A DNA stretch of 64,000 bases from Nitrospirota bacterium. Its GTDB lineage: Bacteria > Nitrospirota > UBA9217. The position numbers were made by a program, and so were the translations under genes. The stretch lies in NCBI GenBank assembly GCA_963663225.1, contig OY760142.1, positions 800,001 through 864,000 of the forward strand, in the 5' to 3' direction. The notes beneath the pieces were generated by a model. That model ran no database searches and had not been told where the DNA came from. It saw only the letters and a list, made by a program, of their open reading frames with translations. Every line of letters begins with the position of its first letter. Positions within the stretch are counted from its first letter, which is position 1. Shown piece by piece: positions 59,601 to 64,000 of this stretch.

Positions 59601-61051
59601 TCAAAAAAATTCAGTGCGCACTCGTCGTACTGCGGATTAAAGCGTTTGTTCTCATCAAAAACCGAGGTGCAGCGCTTAACGTCGATTCCGGAGATCCTGC
59701 CTGCCTCCGTTCTGATTCCGCTTATGCCCCAGGAGTTATCGATGATGACGCCTTCCTCGCGCGCCTGTTCGAGTTCCCATCCGTGAGCAGGCATCTCATC
59801 GCACGTTTCGAGACACACGATTCTGACCGTTTTAGCGCCGAGTCTTTTTGCCGTGAGCGCCGCATCAACAGCCACATTGCCGCCGCCGATAACGACAACC
59901 TTGCTTCCCGCTCCGGCTTTTTCGCCTAAGGCCGCCCTGCGCAAAAAATCGAGACAATCATATATTCCGTGCGGGTTGTCATTTTCTATCGGGAGTGTTG
60001 CGGCCTTCTGCGTTCCCACGGCAAGAAACACGGCCTTGTATCCCTGCCGCTTCAAATCGTCCACGTTGAAATCGCGACCCAGCTCCTGGTTATAGCTGAT
60101 ATCAATGCCGTGTGCCAGGATGGCGTCAATCTCTTTCCGCACCACATCCTTCGGCAGCCGGTACTCAGGAATGGCAAGGCTGAGCATGCCGCCCGCCACC
60201 GGCATTTTCTCGAAGACCGTGACCCGGTATCCTTTGAGCGCGAGGTCCCGGGCGCAGGTCATGCCTGCCGGACCGCTTCCGATTACGGCAACCTTCTCAA
60301 GCTTTTCTTCGGGCAGTTCAGGTTTTTTGAATCCTCCCTGGCTGTCTTCCCAGTCCGTCAGAAACCGCTTTAAATGGCAGATCGCAACAGGTTCATCCAG
60401 CTCATTTCTCCGGCACCCCTCTTCGCAGGGATGGGCGCAGACCCGTCCGCAGACGGCCGGAAACGGATTGTTTCTCCTGACCACTTCGAGGGCCTCGCCA
60501 AATCTGCCGCGGGCGATGAGCGCCACGTACGCATGGGCGTTTACTTCTGCGGGACATTCAATCCGGCACGGGGAAACTCCGTCCTTGTCGATGGCGACAG
60601 CACCGGGCACTGCCTGCGCATATCTGCGGCTGATGGCCGTGCATTTTACCAGATCCTGGTTGAATTCGCTGGAAACGGCCACCGGACACTTCTGGACGCA
60701 GTCCTCGCAGCCGGTGCATTTTTTGAGATCAACATACCGCGCCTTTTTGCGGATTGTGGCGGTAAAGTCTCCGGCCTCCCCCGCAAGGCTGATCAGTTCA
60801 GAGCAGGAATGAATATCGATGTTCAGGTGCCTGCCCACGTCCACCATTTTGGGTGAAATCATGCACATGGCACAGTCGCCCGTGGGGAAGGTCTTGTCGA
60901 GCATGGACATGATCCCGCCGATGGAGGACTCCTTCTGCACCAGGTGCACTTTGAGCCCGCTCTCCGCGAGGTCCAGAGATGCCTGCATCCCGCCGATGCC
61001 GCCGCCCACGACCAAGACAGATCCGCGTCTTGTAGGTTTTGCTTCGCTCAC
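56618..61051 (-). CDS. hdrA: large heterodisulfide reductase A (HdrL-type) with inserted GltD/NfnB-like NAD(P)H module
   Basis: LDKTFPTGDC, QCVGSR..CSSVCC twice; inserted CRIECP...CGRVCAHPCE, GSGPAG and GGGNVA motifs; C-terminal ferredoxin. Confidence 0.92.
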   Translation of the reverse strand: MSEAKPTRRGSVLVVGGGIGGMQASLDLAESGLKVHLVQKESSIGGIMSMLDKTFPTGDCAMCMISPKMVDVGRHLNIDIHSCSELISLAGEAGDFTATIRKKARYVDLKKCTGCEDCVQKCPVAVSSEFNQDLVKCTAISRRYAQAVPGAVAIDKDGVSPCRIECPAEVNAHAYVALIARGRFGEALEVVRRNNPFPAVCGRVCAHPCEEGCRRNELDEPVAICHLKRFLTDWEDSQGGFKKPELPEEKLEKVAVIGSGPAGMTCARDLALKGYRVTVFEKMPVAGGMLSLAIPEYRLPKDVVRKEIDAILAHGIDISYNQELGRDFNVDDLKRQGYKAVFLAVGTQKAATLPIENDNPHGIYDCLDFLRRAALGEKAGAGSKVVVIGGGNVAVDAALTAKRLGAKTVRIVCLETCDEMPAHGWELEQAREEGVIIDNSWGISGIRTEAGRISGIDVKRCTSVFDENKRFNPQYDECALNFFEADTAIFAVGLSVDASFKKGIETLDVLPGGRIKTDPATCRTNVEGVFAGGDSVSGPSTIIEAIASGARAAESIDHFLRGTNPPVNRVKIAERVKAVKDLTGLKKARRRRVPMLSAAEREGNFKEIVRGYSEEDAVAEASRCLSCAGCSECMLCVSACQAKAINHEMVAAEEIALNVGAVILAPGLEPYNPAVRGELGFGRWPNVVTSLQFERILSASGPYKGEIRRPGDGKHPIRIAWLQCVGSRDPHNANPWCSSVCCMYATKQAVIAREHDQRIEPSVFYMDMRSYGKDFDRYVERAKNEYGVRYVRSMVSAVREEAETGDLLLRFVREDGSLVDEVFDLVVLSIGLEPGKSAAPLAEICGIELNSHRFPKTTTFAPVDTNRPGVFVTGIYQGPKDIPDTVMQGSAVAGQTMALLGESRWSETIQKELPPEKDVAGEEPRLGVFVCSCGFNIAGTVDVKKVVQEVEHLPGVVHAENLLYSCSQDNQEKIKQLIREKEINRVLVASCTPRTHTQIFQDTIREAGLNAYLFELADIREQCSWCHMDRKEEATEKAVRLVNMMVAKVRLLQPVKTETVNVVPACLVVGGGIAGMTTALSLADQGFGVHLVEQEKELGGLARSLYYTQDGSDVQRFLRSQTIRVMSHPRIAVHTGVEVKKTEGFVGNFKTLLTDGSTFQHGTVVIATGGVEYQPTEYCYGKNSRVITQRELEKRIHDGLQPESGQRYVMIQCVGSREEPAQYCSRVCCQDALKNAIKLKERNPKVQVVVLYREMRAYGLREDYYAQARDMGVLFVRYEADKKPAVQKAGNGLLVTVRDPVLNREVSMDAGWLVLSTGLRPHPSAEKSGRTYKITRTADGYFLESHMKLRPVDLGSEGLFVAGLAHAPKNFDETISQALAAAGRAGTVLSHETLAVSGLIAKHTRELCMSCLSCLRICPFGSPYIDEEGRVSHNEVMCQGCGLCAGVCPAKAFQVNGFRDEQMLAMVDAAVECEGNG

Positions 61052-61101
61052 GCAACAATCCCCTGCATTATTCTTGAACGGAACTTATGATGACGGCAAA
61101 A

Positions 61102-61989
61102 TCATTCATTCAGCAACTCCATTGCGTCCACGATATGCCGGTCCACCTGCATCTCCACGAGATCAATTCCCAGAGATGCTCCGATCAACTCCGTTATGAA
61201 GTAAACCGGCAGTCTCTTTTCCAGTCCGTACTTCGCATTGATTTCATCCTGATACGCATCCATGTTGAGCTGGCAAAGCGGACAGGAAGTGACCAGACAG
61301 TTCGCCCCGCGTGCGGCCGCGTCCTTCAGTATCCCGAACATCAGGAGCAGCGATTGTTCCTTATCGTTAAAAGCCGCGGACGCGCCGCAGCAATCCGTCT
61401 TGCAGTTCCAGTCTATCGGTTCCGCGCCCGTTGCGTCACAGACAATCTCCATTGCCTGAGGGTTTTCCACGGAATCGGCCACATCCATATCGCACGGGAA
61501 CCGGGACAGAAGGCAGCCGTAATAACAGGCCGGTCTGAGGCTGGAAAGCTTTCTGACCACCTTTGTTTGAAAATCGCGCGTGTCCACCTTTGGGAGCAGG
61601 ACTTCAAGAATATTCGATACCTTGATTGAATCGGCAACTTTACGGACAAGCCCGGCATTGATGGTTTCCCTGAGTGCTGCATCAGACTGGAGCAGCTTCC
61701 GGGCCGCCATCGTCCTGCTGTAGCAGGAAGAGCAGGGAATGACGAGCTCCGGCAGCCCCGTGGCGTCGGCAATCCCAAGGTTTCTTGCCGGCAACGCCGC
61801 GGCGAGAAAATCGTCTGTCTTGCCCGCGGACGACGTCCCGCAGCAGTTCCAGTCTTCGATTTCCCGGAGTTCTATCCCAAGCCGTCTGAACACGAGTCTG
61901 CACTGGACGTCATACAACTTTGAGGACGCGCGCAGCGAACAGCCCGGATAATACGCGATTTCCCGTATGTTGCTTTGCTCGGATTTCAT
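61102..61989 (-). CDS. hdrB: heterodisulfide reductase B-like CCG protein
   Basis: YYPGC..WNCCG..CSSC and YYGC..DCCG..CPLC. Confidence 0.92.
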   Translation of the reverse strand: MKSEQSNIREIAYYPGCSLRASSKLYDVQCRLVFRRLGIELREIEDWNCCGTSSAGKTDDFLAAALPARNLGIADATGLPELVIPCSSCYSRTMAARKLLQSDAALRETINAGLVRKVADSIKVSNILEVLLPKVDTRDFQTKVVRKLSSLRPACYYGCLLSRFPCDMDVADSVENPQAMEIVCDATGAEPIDWNCKTDCCGASAAFNDKEQSLLLMFGILKDAAARGANCLVTSCPLCQLNMDAYQDEINAKYGLEKRLPVYFITELIGASLGIDLVEMQVDRHIVDAMELLNE

Positions 61990-61998
61990 CAATGTTTT

Positions 61999-62637
61999 TT
62001 AACGAATTGTTCTTTGGGTTTCTGCAGCATTGTTTTTTTTGGCCTGTCTTGCTTTTACAAACAATGCTTTTATTTCGGACCGTCTTTTGATTGCAGCCAC
62101 GCCCATGTGCACTCTCTTTTTTTTCAGCAATGCCACGCCGAGCCGCACCTGGCCAAGCAGATCATCAAAAACTGCCCGGAACCTGCCTCCGGCCAATTCT
62201 CTTGACGCAACTCTGGCCTGATAAGCGGCCATGCCTTCGATTTCGTGAAACCGCCCCCGCCGCTTGAGCGCCGCCAGAAAAGCATCGTGAAAATCCGTAA
62301 TATTGGGCAGCGGGAGTTTCAATCCGGCCTCCCGTGCCATCTGCTTCAGCGTCTCGGCAATACGTGCCGTCTGGATCGCGTTCGGACATCTGGTCCCGCA
62401 CGTATAACAGGCGATGCACTTCACGATCAGAGGATCACGCAAGGCCGCGTCCTTGTCCTCAAGCAGGATAGTCCTGATCAGTCTGTCCGGCGCTGCCCCG
62501 TTTTCTCCTCCCACCGGGCATCCCGCTGCGCACCGCCGGCACTGGTAGCACGCCGTCAGGTTCTGTCCCGAGCGCTCGGCGACTGCTTCCGTCAAGAAAC
62601 AGTTTGTCCCGGCTTCAGGGAATATATGTGAAGACAT
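61999..62637 (-). CDS. hdrC: heterodisulfide reductase C-like 2x[4Fe-4S] protein
   Basis: CYQCRRCAAGCP and CIACYTCGTRCP; AGGAG RBS. Confidence 0.9.
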   Translation of the reverse strand: MSSHIFPEAGTNCFLTEAVAERSGQNLTACYQCRRCAAGCPVGGENGAAPDRLIRTILLEDKDAALRDPLIVKCIACYTCGTRCPNAIQTARIAETLKQMAREAGLKLPLPNITDFHDAFLAALKRRGRFHEIEGMAAYQARVASRELAGGRFRAVFDDLLGQVRLGVALLKKKRVHMGVAAIKRRSEIKALFVKARQAKKNNAAETQRTIR

Positions 62638-62748
62638 CGGCAAGACTCCTTGCTCTTTTTGGGTTATGCCCTCGGAAAAAACGATGATGAGCCCTTGTGA
62701 AACGGGGAAAATTGGTGACAACATTCTCTCGCACAGCGGCACGCGATT

Positions 62749-63312
62749 TTACGGTTTTTGCTTTAACAGCTCCAGCATTTCCAGCCGGGTGGACTCCTTG
62801 GAGCGGAACACGCCGCGGACCGCCGATGTTACAACATGTGACCCCGGTTTTTTCACGCCGCGCATGCTCATGCACAAATGCTCGGCGTCGATCACCGCCA
62901 TGGCGCCTTTGGGCTTCAAATGGGCGACAATCAGGTCCGCCAGCTGGGCCGTCAAACGTTCCTGCACCTGGGGCCGTTTGGCAAGTATCTCCAGGGCTCG
63001 CGCGAGAGCGCTGATACCGACAATCTTTCCCGCGCCGGGAATGTATGCGACGTGCGCCTTTCCGATAAAAGGAAGAAAATGATGCTCGCAGACCGAGTAG
63101 AAGGGAATGTCGCGGATGATGATCATCTCGTCGTGGTTTTCGCCGGTCATGGGCTTCAGCAACTCATCGGTGTTCGCGGAAATGCCGGAAAAAATCTCCG
63201 CATACATCTCGGCCACGCGCGCGGGAGTGTCCTTCAACCCGGGGCGGGTCGGGTCTTCTCCAATGCCTTCCAGAATGAGCCGTACGCCTTTTTCGATCTT
63301 GCTTCTGTCCAT
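62749..63312 (-). CDS. folE: GTP cyclohydrolase I
   Basis: [29 protein letters not shown]. Confidence 0.96.
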   Translation of the reverse strand: MDRSKIEKGVRLILEGIGEDPTRPGLKDTPARVAEMYAEIFSGISANTDELLKPMTGENHDEMIIIRDIPFYSVCEHHFLPFIGKAHVAYIPGAGKIVGISALARALEILAKRPQVQERLTAQLADLIVAHLKPKGAMAVIDAEHLCMSMRGVKKPGSHVVTSAVRGVFRSKESTRLEMLELLKQKP

Positions 63313-63349
63313 GTATTTTTGCGAACCCCTTAAAACAGTCTGGCGAAAT

Positions 63350-63928
63350 TCAGGGAAACACTGTCTGGTCCCCTGCCTGTTTCACGGTGATAATCCTCTT
63401 CTCGGTTACAATTTTTCGCACCGGACAATCATGCGAATCCACGGGAATCCGCGGCAGTATCTGCACTTCAAACGCCAGTCCGATTGACAGTCCCTGATAC
63501 CGGGCGAGAACCCGGTCATAGAACCCGGCACCGTGTCCCAACCGGTTGCCCTGTTCATCAAACGCAAGAGCCGGCACAATCATGATATCCACGGTTTCGA
63601 GGGCGACAGGGTTGTTCCGGACCGGCTCCGGAATGCCCCACACCCCCGGGGAAACATCCTTTTCCAGGTCCCTGATTTCAAACAGCGCCAGGTCCCTGCC
63701 CTTGACCTTCGGCAGCACGACACGCTTGCCCGCGGCCAGGGCTTTCCGTATCATCGGGATGGTGTCAACCTCGCTCCGGAACGACGCAAAGAACATGACG
63801 GTTGACGATCTGATAAACTCCGGCAAACCAAACAACCGGTTCTCGATTTCCCGGCTTCCCGCCTGCCGCTCTTCCCGCGGCAGCCCATCCCGCGCCTCGG
63901 TTGCCTGTTTTCGTAGTGATGCTTTCAC
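63350..63928 (-). CDS. ygfA: 5-formyltetrahydrofolate cyclo-ligase
   Basis: [32 protein letters not shown]; GTG start after AGGAG. Confidence 0.92.
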   Translation of the reverse strand: MKASLRKQATEARDGLPREERQAGSREIENRLFGLPEFIRSSTVMFFASFRSEVDTIPMIRKALAAGKRVVLPKVKGRDLALFEIRDLEKDVSPGVWGIPEPVRNNPVALETVDIMIVPALAFDEQGNRLGHGAGFYDRVLARYQGLSIGLAFEVQILPRIPVDSHDCPVRKIVTEKRIITVKQAGDQTVFP

Positions 63929-64000
63929 AGACGCTCCTGAGACCAAAAGCCCGATTATAATAGCATGGTACCGGGCAACATTCCACTTAATTTTTTTATA

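Noticed and set aside
62690-62725. ttgtga...gacaa upstream of hdrC as a Rex or Crp/Fnr site
   Set aside because: Spacing and second half-site do not fit TTGTGA-N6-TCACAA.
63930-64000. 6S RNA expected upstream of ygfA
   Set aside because: Only ~70 nt of AT-rich, promoter-like sequence is visible, with no 6S structure in the window.
1-64000. CRISPR arrays, tRNA/rRNA, transposases, prophage or defence genes
   Set aside because: No spaced direct repeats, cloverleaf patterns or mobile-element motifs were recognised by eye.

Overview
64 kb of chromosome from an anaerobic, diderm bacterium. The gene style resembles Nitrospirota or Desulfobacterota; this is inference only. In order: a frameshifted polyferredoxin membrane gene, hisBHAF, a CheY-like regulator and adk. 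Next is a 12-kb minus-strand operon: two lipoproteins (one with Ig-like/CsgG-FlgT-like/PEGA/TPR domains), a TolB-like propeller, a TPR protein and a full Opp/Dpp-type ABC importer. Its leader holds a sigma70 promoter, a GEMM-I cyclic-dinucleotide riboswitch with the A20/C92 signature of 3',3'-cGAMP sensors, and an overlapping terminator (ON switch). A mixed housekeeping block follows: RCK K+ channel, gmhA plus a DHS-like gene, icd plus a YbhJ-type hydratase, Ap4A phosphorylase, a split atpB-atpE pair, MFS, gltX, duplicated DUF402 genes around a methyltransferase, pdxA, LOG, DedA and a tetraheme flavocytochrome c. The window ends with a 23-kb co-oriented C1/folate cluster: ygfA-folE-hdrCBA(L)-mvhD-metVF-panB-thyX-cooC-panG-acsEDCB-fdhA(Sec)-fhs. 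This Wood-Ljungdahl-type cluster lacks CODH (acsA/cooS), folD and acsV within the window. No tRNA, rRNA, CRISPR array or transposase was recognised. The best candidate for an undescribed system is the putative cGAMP-switched envelope/ABC operon at 4853-17177. Family calls come from motif recognition, not database searches.
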